Virus record (IMG/VR): IMGVR_UViG_2740892370_000019
DNA length: 9,625 nt
Direction: 5' to 3' (one strand)
Origin: a virus
Lineage: Duplodnaviria; Heunggongvirae; Uroviricota; Caudoviricetes
Part shown: positions 1 through 6,794 of the stretch, in pieces
Numbering within the stretch: position 1 is the first letter of the stretch
Layout of the letters: every line of letters starts with the position of its first letter
Notes under the pieces: model-generated
Told to the model about the DNA's origin: nothing
Databases searched by the model: none
Seen by the model: the letters and a program-made list of their open reading frames with translations, nothing else
Made by a program: the position numbers and the translations under genes

Positions 1-251
1 GGTCATGGCCTCCATAGTGATGGCGGGTCCTCCTTGTGGGGTGCCCTGCCACGGGGCGGGAGCATCGCGGAAAAAGGCTAGTTTTTGCATTTTTATTCGT
101 CATCACCACCAATGCAATATATTGATATGACTTGATGTTTTATTTTTCGGTGTCGATTTCGATTGTTTTTTGTTCATCACTGACGCATAACGCCCACCAG
201 CGCAACGCTGAAAGCCAGTCAGTAAACTGGCTTCGGTCATTGTGCACTACG

Positions 252-794
252 TTACTTGTCTTTATCCGGCTGAAACTTATCAGGCACATTTCCGGTAGTT
301 TCCATCAGATAATCGGACAGCATTCGCGGGATGTTTTCATCAAGTTTTGTGCATGCGTTACAGGCTCTGACAACTTCTTTTTTCAGGCCATCCAGCATGA
401 CGGGGGTCATCTGTGGGAAGCTCCTTTGCATAGTAAGCGGGAGGCTGTCCATGATTGATGAAATCTGACTCGCCAGTTTTGAAAGGGCGTACATGCAAAA
501 CTCTGTATCAATCACGTCACCGCGATCGCGCTCGTTTTTAAGTTCCTGCGCCTCCGCCTGTGCTGTCAGTAATCTGATCCTGACTCGTAAGAGTTCATCA
601 TCATCAATCTCGCCTTTGTCGTTTGTAAGCTGGCTAATTGCATTGTTAACCCTATTGTCTATCACGCTGGCAACATCATAAAACGCCTCACGGCCTTTAC
701 GTTCAACGGGAGTCACTCCCCACTTGTCGAATGCTGTAGCACTTACCCGGCAGCTTTGCGCCATGGTTTTTTTGTTCATCAGGTGCGATTTCAT
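252..794 (-). CDS. Terminase small subunit, lambda Nu1-like
   Basis: Translation aligns along its length with lambda Nu1 as I remember it (181 aa), e.g. LTAQAEAQELKNERDRGDVIDTEFCMYALSKLASQISSIMDSLPLTMQRSFP versus lambda LTRAQADAQELKNARDSAEVVETAFCTFVLSRIAGEIASILDGLPLSVQRRFP. It lies immediately downstream of a lambda-type cos site, as Nu1 does in lambda. The track start at 797 is a TTG; the first ATG is at 794 with GGGA upstream, and another ATG at 779 gives MNKK, matching the lambda N-terminus VNKK. Confidence 0.85.
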   Translation of the reverse strand: MKSHLMNKKTMAQSCRVSATAFDKWGVTPVERKGREAFYDVASVIDNRVNNAISQLTNDKGEIDDDELLRVRIRLLTAQAEAQELKNERDRGDVIDTEFCMYALSKLASQISSIMDSLPLTMQRSFPQMTPVMLDGLKKEVVRACNACTKLDENIPRMLSDYLMETTGNVPDKFQPDKDK

Positions 795-860
795 CAATAT
801 CCCAACTTGGTCAAGGTTTCAGGTTGGTGTGTTGGTGTTATCTTTCCCTTTTTATTCATG

Positions 861-985
861 GAGATAGAGCAAACAACAAAACCACCACCACCACCCTGAA
901 AAAGCTCATAAATAGCGAAAAACCGCGAGGTCGCCGCCCCGTAGCCTACCGGATCGCCGGAAAGGACCCGCCAGCCAGAACGGGC
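861..985 (-). other. Lambda-type cohesive-end site (cosQ-cosN region conserved, cosB side diverged)
   Basis: The reverse complement of 928..975 reads GCTGGCGGGTCCTTTCCGGCGATCCGGTAGGCTACG followed by GGGCGGCGACCT. This nearly matches the lambda right end GGGTCCTTTCCGGTGATCCGACAGGTTACG joined to the 12-nt cohesive end GGGCGGCGACCT (here at 928..939). The next 25 nt toward the TerS gene (CGCGGTTTTTCGCTATTTATGAG) also match the lambda left end, after which the sequence diverges and includes a (CCA)n/GGTGGTGGTGGTGG tract at 881..896. Confidence 0.8.
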
Positions 986-995
986 CCTAATTTCA

Positions 996-1379
996 TCAAC
1001 CAATCAACTTATAGCGACCATCCCGTGCATTGCGACGTACACGCTCAATCTTGAGGCATAGCGCCGCATCTGGCTTTTTTGGGACAGGTACGCGGCAATA
1101 TTCAGAAGCTCGAGGAATATTGTTTATCCAGTCGATCACTTCACTTAAATACCAGGCCTTACGCCCTTCCGTAACCTGTACGCGTTCGGGGAACTCTCCG
1201 CGAGCCTCAAGGTTTAGCAATGTGCGACGGCTAAGGGTAGTAAGTTCCATCACCTGATTCATATCAACAAGGCGTTCACTTAAACGCATTTTGTCAGCAA
1301 TAGCCTTTAATTCCTCTACTGCTGGATCCGGATACATCATTTCGGCAATTGGCTTAAGGTCATTGTAATGATTCTGCAT
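996..1379 (-). CDS. AlpA-family (phage excisionase/regulator-like) HTH protein with N- and C-terminal extensions, 127 aa
   Basis: The central segment LTTLSRRTLLNLEARGEFPERVQVTEGRKAWYLSEVIDWI fits the AlpA/Xis-type winged-helix signature (hydrophobic HTH, GxFP, R..W..SEV..W). The ATG at 1379 is preceded by AGGGGG at 6 nt and sits 11 nt after the stop of the upstream decoration gene, suggesting coupled expression. The stop abuts the cos site. Confidence 0.65.
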   Translation of the reverse strand: MQNHYNDLKPIAEMMYPDPAVEELKAIADKMRLSERLVDMNQVMELTTLSRRTLLNLEARGEFPERVQVTEGRKAWYLSEVIDWINNIPRASEYCRVPVPKKPDAALCLKIERVRRNARDGRYKLIG

Positions 1380-1390
1380 TGTATCCCCCT

Positions 1391-1732
1391 TTACACACGA
1401 GCCAGCGGCTGAACAGAAATACCTGAGCCAACAAACGCGGCAACCTTTGCCGACAGTTCTTTTACAGACTCAGGCCAGTTCAGAGCATCAACATTTAAAA
1501 CACCTGTCTTATAAACCTGTGCCTGTGTTTTTTTCGCTGTGTCGATTTGTACAGCGGAAACATAAACCGCTTTGCCTGCGCTCGTTCCATCCCATACCAC
1601 TAGCGCACCAGTTGCATCTTCCTGCATCAGTGGCGTAAACGCAGGTATTACCCCTTTATTGGCTGAAAATATCCCCAGCGTAGTAACCAGTGCTTCAGTG
1701 CCAGACATGAGTTCAGTGTAATGAGTAGCCAT
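1391..1732 (-). CDS. Head decoration protein, lambda gpD-like (113 aa)
   Basis: TPLMQEDATGALVVWDGTSAGKAVYVSAV...YKTGVLNVDALNWPES...AAFVGSGISV matches remembered lambda gpD ([29 protein letters not shown]...YKSGTFRYEDVLWPEA...AFAGTAISIV). Size matches gpD (about 110 aa). GGGGGAG Shine-Dalgarno before the ATG at 1732; 9 nt from the capsid gene stop. Confidence 0.85.
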   Translation of the reverse strand: MATHYTELMSGTEALVTTLGIFSANKGVIPAFTPLMQEDATGALVVWDGTSAGKAVYVSAVQIDTAKKTQAQVYKTGVLNVDALNWPESVKELSAKVAAFVGSGISVQPLARV

Positions 1733-1741
1733 TGCTCCCCC

Positions 1742-2788
1742 TTAGCCAATGCGAACGGTAACAAAACGATTGATGCGGGCCGGTATTGGCTGTGGTGCTG
1801 AATGTGTCTGCACATATTCAATAGCCGGATCACCAGGCACAATATAGTTTTTCGGTGCAAGTTCGGCTTTAGTCAGCCCCATCCGGATTAGCTCCGGATC
1901 CTGAATACCGCCATAAGCGACAATCCCCTGAAGAGCCGTATTGCCAAGCACCATCAAATCAGGATCAAGGAAATATTTTTCAGTTCCGTCCTCGTCGGTA
2001 TAACGCCCGCTGTAAACAACAATCGCAACATCGCCCATATACCCTTTAAAACTCACCGAATCACCAAGGTCTTTAAGGGCCGTTTCCAGTTCGGAATTAG
2101 AACCACGACGAGTATCCAGAGCCTCTTTTATCGCCCTGAATGAACGGTATTTCTTCCATACATTACCGCCCATAATGATAATATTAGTGACGCCCTCACT
2201 AAATTCTGCGTAGCTCTCAATATCATCATTTGGATCAAAAGCTTCTTTATCCTTACCTGACCACTCAGCACCGCCAGACTGAGTGATGATATTTTGTGGT
2301 TTAATATTCCAGTCCAGCTCATAACGTTCAATACCATCGCCCTCAATGATATTTTTCCCCGTTGTGATTGCCTGAACGGCAAGCCATTCAATACGTGCAC
2401 GAATAGCTTTAGCCTGATTTACAATCGCCTGTTTAACTTTAATATTACGCGCTCCAAAAGCATTGTATTGCTCAGGTGATACACCAGCAGGGCGCACAGC
2501 TAACTTATTTGGATCAATGCTGCTTTTCGGTTTCATATAGCCAGGGCGAATTGTTTTTGATTCGTATCCCTCATCTCGTGAAACTTTACTGCCCACCATA
2601 GGAGAGCAAAACGCCGCGATCGGGATATTTGGATCGTCGATCGTATCAAGAATAATTTCTCTCGATTCAAACATTACCGAGCGAGTGAAAAACAAACTGG
2701 TAAACAACGCATTTAATTTTTTTTGCACATCTTCAGCATTAGCCACCTGCACAAGCTGTGTAGGCGAATATAAGTCAACCATACTCAT
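1742..2788 (-). CDS. Major capsid protein, lambda gpE-like (about 347 aa)
   Basis: Long collinear similarity to remembered lambda gpE: N-terminus MSMVDLYSPTQLVQVANAE versus MSMYTTAQLLAANEQ; core NIITQSGGAEWSGKDKEAFDPNDDIESYAEFSEGVTNIII...FRAIKEALDTRRGSNSELETALKDLGDSVSFKGYMGDVAIVVYSGRY versus lambda NITQSGGTEWSKRDKSTYDPTDDIEAYALNASGVVNIIV...FKAVKEKLDTRRGSNSELETAVKDLGKAVSYKGMYGDVAIVVYSGQY. The track ORF (to 2869) is over-extended upstream; the true start is the ATG at 2788 (MSM...) or at 2782, the latter having AAAGAGG at ideal spacing. Confidence 0.9.
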   Translation of the reverse strand: MSMVDLYSPTQLVQVANAEDVQKKLNALFTSLFFTRSVMFESREIILDTIDDPNIPIAAFCSPMVGSKVSRDEGYESKTIRPGYMKPKSSIDPNKLAVRPAGVSPEQYNAFGARNIKVKQAIVNQAKAIRARIEWLAVQAITTGKNIIEGDGIERYELDWNIKPQNIITQSGGAEWSGKDKEAFDPNDDIESYAEFSEGVTNIIIMGGNVWKKYRSFRAIKEALDTRRGSNSELETALKDLGDSVSFKGYMGDVAIVVYSGRYTDEDGTEKYFLDPDLMVLGNTALQGIVAYGGIQDPELIRMGLTKAELAPKNYIVPGDPAIEYVQTHSAPQPIPARINRFVTVRIG

Positions 2789-2953
2789 CCTCTTTACATT
2801 CATTACAAATAATTGTGAATATATTCTATTACCGATGTCTGCTATGCGAATACATGCAACCAAGTGCAATGTTGTATAAAATATGCCGTGACAACTTCAG
2901 TGCTGATAATTCGTGTTAATGTATTTACTTCCTTTGGTCGGGATTTATGTAGC

Positions 2954-2994
2954 ATGCCGGAAAATCTATTTTTTTCCGGCATCTTTTTGTTTGC
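2954..2994 (+). terminator. Strong stem-loop with T-tract (intrinsic-terminator-like) between the SSB and capsid genes
   Basis: Perfect 11-bp inverted repeat ATGCCGGAAAA (2954..2964) / TTTTCCGGCAT (2972..2982) with a 7-nt loop, followed on the plus strand by CTTTTTGTTT. It is canonical only for plus-strand transcription; read on the minus strand the stem lacks a downstream U-tract, so any termination of the ssb transcript would be weak or factor-dependent. Confidence 0.45.
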
Positions 2995-2999
2995 AGAAT

Positions 3000-3422
3000 T
3001 TAAAACGGTATATTATCGCCGTACGGATCATCATTCCCCGACTGTTGTTTTGCCCTGTTCAGTGCGTCAGTGGCCTGCCCCTGCTGGCCTTTTTTGCCGC
3101 CCGGTCGCGCTGTTCGCGCACTGATCACGCTGTCTGCGATAACCTGCCAGCCCTGCCGCGTTTCGCCGTTCTGGCCTGTCCACTGGCTTACCTGCATGTT
3201 ACCCGCCACGCTCACCAGTTCGCCTTTGTGGTGTTTTGCCAGTGCGTCGGCCTGTCTGCCAAACGCCAGGACGGATAACCACATCATCGCCGTTCCGTCA
3301 TCTGCCTGGCTGCACGGAAGGGGGACCGCCATACTAGCCATCGCCATTTGTGTACCCTTGCTGGTGGTCTTTAACTGCGGGTCAGCCACCAGCCGTCCGT
3401 AAGCCGCTATCTGTGCTGTCAT
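3000..3422 (-). CDS. ssb: Single-stranded DNA-binding protein (SSB-like, OB-fold, 140 aa)
   Basis: OB-fold region (GRLVADPQLKTT..., WLSVLAFGRQADALAKHHKGELVSVAGNMQVSQWTGQNGETRQGWQVIADSV) aligns with remembered E. coli SSB ([50 protein letters not shown]). Gly/Gln-rich linker and acidic C-terminal tip ...NDDPYGDNIPF resemble the SSB ...DDDIPF tail. The start overlaps the stop of the upstream 80-aa gene (ATGA). Confidence 0.75.
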   Translation of the reverse strand: MTAQIAAYGRLVADPQLKTTSKGTQMAMASMAVPLPCSQADDGTAMMWLSVLAFGRQADALAKHHKGELVSVAGNMQVSQWTGQNGETRQGWQVIADSVISARTARPGGKKGQQGQATDALNRAKQQSGNDDPYGDNIPF

Positions 3423-3661
3423 GCTGTCTGCTCTCCGGTTTTAACGTTGATGGTTGTCACCTGTTCCGCTTCGGCAATCTCCCGTTCTGTCAGCGTGGCA
3501 AAGTTTGCAGCTGCCGTTGTCATGAATGCGCTTATCAGTTCGGGATGTGCTTTTGCATATCCTTCCCCCGTGTTTCGGTCGATGATTTTTATCGCCACTC
3601 TCAGCCAGTGCTCTGTAAGGTCAATAGCGCGGTAGTGTGGTTGTTTGCGGTTTGCCTTCAT
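3419..3661 (-). CDS. Hypothetical protein (80 aa), translationally coupled to the SSB-like gene
   Basis: Intact ORF starting at an ATG (3661) and ending in an ATGA overlap with the ssb start; the upstream Shine-Dalgarno is weak (GAGA). No family recognised from the sequence MKANRKQPHYRAIDLTEHWLRVAIKIIDRNTGEGYAKAHPELISAF... Confidence 0.5.
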   Translation of the reverse strand: MKANRKQPHYRAIDLTEHWLRVAIKIIDRNTGEGYAKAHPELISAFMTTAAANFATLTEREIAEAEQVTTINVKTGEQTA

Positions 3662-3701
3662 AGTTCAGATCTCAATTTTTCGTATATATATACAAAACAG
3701 T

Positions 3702-4024
3702 GCGGGTTATGCGGGTTAGCGGGTTAGCGGGTTATCTTCGCTTGCTAAGTATTTTTTATTCCTTAATATCAATACATTACAAAATTAACTGTTTACTGTT
3801 TAGCCGTGGCGTAACCCGCAAAATGCTCAAAATAACCCGCAAACGGGGTTTTTTCTGCGGGTTACGCGTGGCTGTTTGCTGTCACTTCCTGTTATTCATC
3901 TGCGGGTTATAATCGCACTTTTGCGGGTTATAACTGCCGTTTTGCGGGTTACGTGCGAGTTATTGATTTCCTTTTTATTCATGCAGTTAATGCACTTATA
4001 CACAGAGTAACCCGCATAACCCGC
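3702..4024. repeat. Iteron array and AT-rich region, putative replication origin
   Basis: Twelve copies of the 8-bp motif GCGGGTTA or its complement TAACCCGC: four tandem copies at 3702..3734; complement copies at 3812..3819, 3833..3840, 4008..4015, 4017..4024; direct copies at 3857..3864, 3902..3909, 3923..3930, 3944..3951, several extended to TTTTGCGGGTTA. They flank an AT-rich stretch at about 3735..3800, directly downstream of the primase-like gene. Confidence 0.7.
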
Positions 4025-4047
4025 AACTTTTCACCTCACACAGGGGG

Positions 4048-6171
4048 TTAATCTTCTGCCTCAGGCTGGAACATCAGCACGTAAAAAACATGCTGCTTCC
4101 CCCCAATTTTGCCGAGAGCCTTTTTCTTGTAACGGCGATCGTTACCCGCTTCCAGCATTCCGGCAGCACTCAACGCGCGGGCAAAGTGGGACGGGTTAAA
4201 TCCCTGTGCGATCTCCCCCTCAAACACATGAGGAAACGTGTAAAAACGGAACTCATCATCTTCATTTCTGATACTCCCCTTTCTGTATCCGGCAAGGTCT
4301 TTAATCGGTAAATCACGTTCATCACTGTTTGGGTAAGGAAGGTATCGACTGAACCCGAACGACGACAAAAACGCCTCAGCCTGTTCAACCATCTGTTTAA
4401 ATTCCCTGTTACCCGTGCCGAACTCCTTCACCCAGGCATTAAAGTTATGCTGTATTGCGTCCCGGCATTCCTGCGCGGCCCAGCCAGTTACATGACCGGA
4501 AAGCACAAGCGCGGCCTCCAGTATGGCGAAACGCTCACCCACGCGGTGGACCTGCTCGCCGTAGCTCTCCGGTATCAGGTTGCGCCACCGTTCGCGGCAT
4601 TCCCTTACCGTATCCTTTGCCTCCTGCTGGTGGCCTGCCAGCCATTTAACCCACTCACGACCCGCTGCCCCGTGATTTTCTGTCCAGGCATCCTTTAACG
4701 CGTCTGCGTGCGCCTTTCCGGTGCTGTATTCGTGAAAGTGCGTGGCTTTTTCCATCGGAACGTTAAGCAGGCGGACAAGCTGCCCCGCTTTGACTTTTAT
4801 CCCCTCCGTTTTGAGGAATGTCTCAACGTCCATTTCTCCGGTGCTGATTGCCACCGTGCGCCAGTGTTTTATCTCCCGGTTGCCGCCGTCCTTCGCCCCC
4901 TGTAATTTCCCGGAACCGTTAAACAACGTATAGGCTGACGTGGACACCTCCCGCGCGTTTCCGGCCTGGCCTATTTCATCCAGGGGTAACAGCCCGTCGT
5001 TGTGCGCCTCTGCCTCGTTAGCGATACCTAACGCTGTGCCGTACCAGGTCAGCCGTTGTGCGTCCGGCTCTCCCCATAAACTTGATGCGATGTTCTGCGT
5101 GGTGGTTTTCCCTGCCGATGACTGTTCGAAAAGATGTACCCCGAAGCCGTCAGCACCAACAAGGCCAATCAAAGGTGCTGCCAGTGACGTGGCAACACCC
5201 AGCATCATGGACGGATTGCCACCAGCCAGCCGCGCCACGCAGTCGCGCCAGCCCTCCGCCGTACCCGCAACCGAATAGCCATTAACAGCGGCACTTTTTC
5301 CGGTAAACAGGATCGGTTTTTCAGAATCACCAATGATTGAGCCGTCCGGCATGATATACGCGCCAAAATGCCAGCCCGTTGTTGTGCTTAGCTGCCATTC
5401 CTCATGGCTTCCGCTTAACTGCATCCAGTCAGCCAGGATAGCCCTGTATTTGCCGTTTGTTGTCACGTTCAGCCCGTGATCTTTAAGCAACCGCCAGCCG
5501 TCACGGTCGCCAATGCCACCACACGGGATCGCCATTGTGATGACTTCATGGTTTGCTAATTTTTTCCAGCGCATCACGCGGTAATGCTCTTTACCGATCG
5601 TCCCCGTTCCCAGTAGTTCAAGCGGAGAACATAACCACGTCTCAGGCCGGATAATTTCGCCTGACTGCTTATCCACTTTGGGCGTTACCCAGAAAACACC
5701 ATCGACGCGACTTTCAACGCGGGGCTTTAATTCATCATCCTGATAGCATGGCTCTTTTTTCTTTACAGGCAGTTCAACTACCTTTTTCTTTTCCGCCTGC
5801 TCTGCCCGTTCACGTTCCAGATATTCGCGCCAGTTCTCCCGTTTCTGGCTGTGCATTCCTTCAGGGTAATAATCAGCATCCCTGACACCTGCCGCTGCCA
5901 GTTTCTGCCCGATGGTATTAACAAGCCCCGGACGCAATAACCCCGCCTGGTAGAGACGCACGCGATAGCGTCCGTCCGGTACGATTTGCAGGTTGTCCAG
6001 TTCGGCAAGTTGTTGCTCTCCAAGCCAGACAGGTGGCACGTTATCGCCAGCCAGTCGCCCGTCCTGTTCCTGCCACTGCTTCGCATGTGCCCACGCATCA
6101 CTACCCGCAAAAATGATGACTTCCGTCATTTTGTCACGCGGCTGGTGTTTTAAATTTGGCGCTTTTTTCAT
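4048..6171 (-). CDS. Replication protein, primase/helicase-like (P4 alpha / D5-type family assignment tentative), about 707 aa
   Basis: Large ORF with a central P-loop-like motif FEQSSAGKTT. It is the last gene of an operon beginning near the operator region and lies next to the iteron array, the layout expected for a satellite pri-rep gene. The track start at 6186 is a GTG; the ATG at 6171 (MKKAPNL...) has GGAGAG at about 8 nt and overlaps the stop of the upstream gene. Family membership was not verified. Confidence 0.75.
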   Translation of the reverse strand: MKKAPNLKHQPRDKMTEVIIFAGSDAWAHAKQWQEQDGRLAGDNVPPVWLGEQQLAELDNLQIVPDGRYRVRLYQAGLLRPGLVNTIGQKLAAAGVRDADYYPEGMHSQKRENWREYLERERAEQAEKKKVVELPVKKKEPCYQDDELKPRVESRVDGVFWVTPKVDKQSGEIIRPETWLCSPLELLGTGTIGKEHYRVMRWKKLANHEVITMAIPCGGIGDRDGWRLLKDHGLNVTTNGKYRAILADWMQLSGSHEEWQLSTTTGWHFGAYIMPDGSIIGDSEKPILFTGKSAAVNGYSVAGTAEGWRDCVARLAGGNPSMMLGVATSLAAPLIGLVGADGFGVHLFEQSSAGKTTTQNIASSLWGEPDAQRLTWYGTALGIANEAEAHNDGLLPLDEIGQAGNAREVSTSAYTLFNGSGKLQGAKDGGNREIKHWRTVAISTGEMDVETFLKTEGIKVKAGQLVRLLNVPMEKATHFHEYSTGKAHADALKDAWTENHGAAGREWVKWLAGHQQEAKDTVRECRERWRNLIPESYGEQVHRVGERFAILEAALVLSGHVTGWAAQECRDAIQHNFNAWVKEFGTGNREFKQMVEQAEAFLSSFGFSRYLPYPNSDERDLPIKDLAGYRKGSIRNEDDEFRFYTFPHVFEGEIAQGFNPSHFARALSAAGMLEAGNDRRYKKKALGKIGGKQHVFYVLMFQPEAED

Positions 6172-6467
6172 TTCTGCTCTCTCCACGCGGCAATCATGTT
6201 TTTCAGTTCCTGTAGTTTTTTATCAACATCCATACATGACACATGGTTATTTCTGGAAGGCGGGATTTCCCGCCGGAATCTGCAAATAAAGATCTCCACG
6301 TTCAGCGAGCTATGAAATGAATAGCCATCACGAATAAAATACACACGGTCAAACATTATCGATTTTACTGTTACTCTGTTGCCGTTCTTATCCCAATAAA
6401 TAGCGCCGGGGATAATTTTGGGGTGTGCATAACCGCTGGCAGTCAAGCCAGATAAATATGTTCTCAT
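6168..6467 (-). CDS. Hypothetical protein (99 aa), AT-rich, coupled to the primase gene
   Basis: ATG at 6467 with GGGGA upstream; 6-nt gap from the preceding gene; stop overlaps the primase start. Visibly lower GC than the flanking primase gene. No family recognised. Confidence 0.6.
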   Translation of the reverse strand: MRTYLSGLTASGYAHPKIIPGAIYWDKNGNRVTVKSIMFDRVYFIRDGYSFHSSLNVEIFICRFRREIPPSRNNHVSCMDVDKKLQELKNMIAAWREQK

Positions 6468-6473
6468 GATTAT

Positions 6474-6794
6474 TTATCCCCGATTTGAATCAGTATTCGC
6501 TTTCTTTATGGCATTTAATGCATTTGTGGCATTTTCAATGGTGCACCGTAGCGAAATATCAAAATGCCCAAGCATTGCCAGTAACAAACCAATATTACCC
6601 ATATCAATGCGCATGGCCTTTTCGTCATAGTCCTCATTTTCTGACGCATGCCACATCAGGCTACCAATTGACGCAACAGCCATTGATATATTGTCAGTAG
6701 CCCCATCCGCAGCGGAATAAACCTTTTTAGCAATATCATGCTCACAGTTAAAATGCGGATTAATCAGGTACTGGTAATTTGACATATCAGGCAT
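6474..6794 (-). CDS. Hypothetical protein (106 aa), AT-rich
   Basis: The ATG at 6794 overlaps the stop of the upstream small ORF (ATGCCTGA overlap); compact operon arrangement. No family recognised. Confidence 0.6.
   Translation of the reverse strand: MPDMSNYQYLINPHFNCEHDIAKKVYSAADGATDNISMAVASIGSLMWHASENEDYDEKAMRIDMGNIGLLLAMLGHFDISLRCTIENATNALNAIKKANTDSNRG

Noticed and set aside
1-60. GC-rich segment at the left edge considered as a tRNA or tmRNA 3' end (att site)
   Set aside because: No match to tRNA T-arm/acceptor or tmRNA 3'-end sequences that I can recognise, and no CCA-proximal structure. More likely the 5' end of a minus-strand gene.
132-458. 108-aa plus-strand ORF overlapping the 3' half of the Nu1-like gene
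   Set aside because: It overlaps a gene with clear homology on the other strand, and has no Shine-Dalgarno or recognisable protein features.
824-1054. 76-aa plus-strand ORF across the cos site
   Set aside because: It spans the conserved cosN/cosQ DNA site and the 3' end of the AlpA-like gene; the cos homology explains this sequence better.
2128-2400. 90-aa minus-strand ORF inside the capsid gene in another frame
   Set aside because: Nested within the gpE-like coding sequence, whose frame is supported by extensive homology.
2864-3402. Plus-strand ORFs (86, 121 and 110 aa) across the hairpin and opposite the SSB gene
   Set aside because: They run through a strong plus-strand terminator structure and are antisense to the SSB-like gene; the translations are Cys/Pro/Leu-rich with no features.
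3702-4024. Possible CRISPR array suggested by the repeated GCGGGTTA units
   Set aside because: The repeats are only 8 bp, occur in both orientations with irregular spacing, have no spacer-like unique segments of uniform length, and flank an AT-rich core. That is iteron or origin architecture, not CRISPR.
4090-5285. Multiple plus-strand ORFs (62 to 112 aa) antisense to the primase gene
   Set aside because: They lie wholly inside a long, well-supported GC-rich minus-strand gene. Their Pro/Arg/Ala-rich, low-complexity translations are typical of antisense frames in GC-rich DNA.
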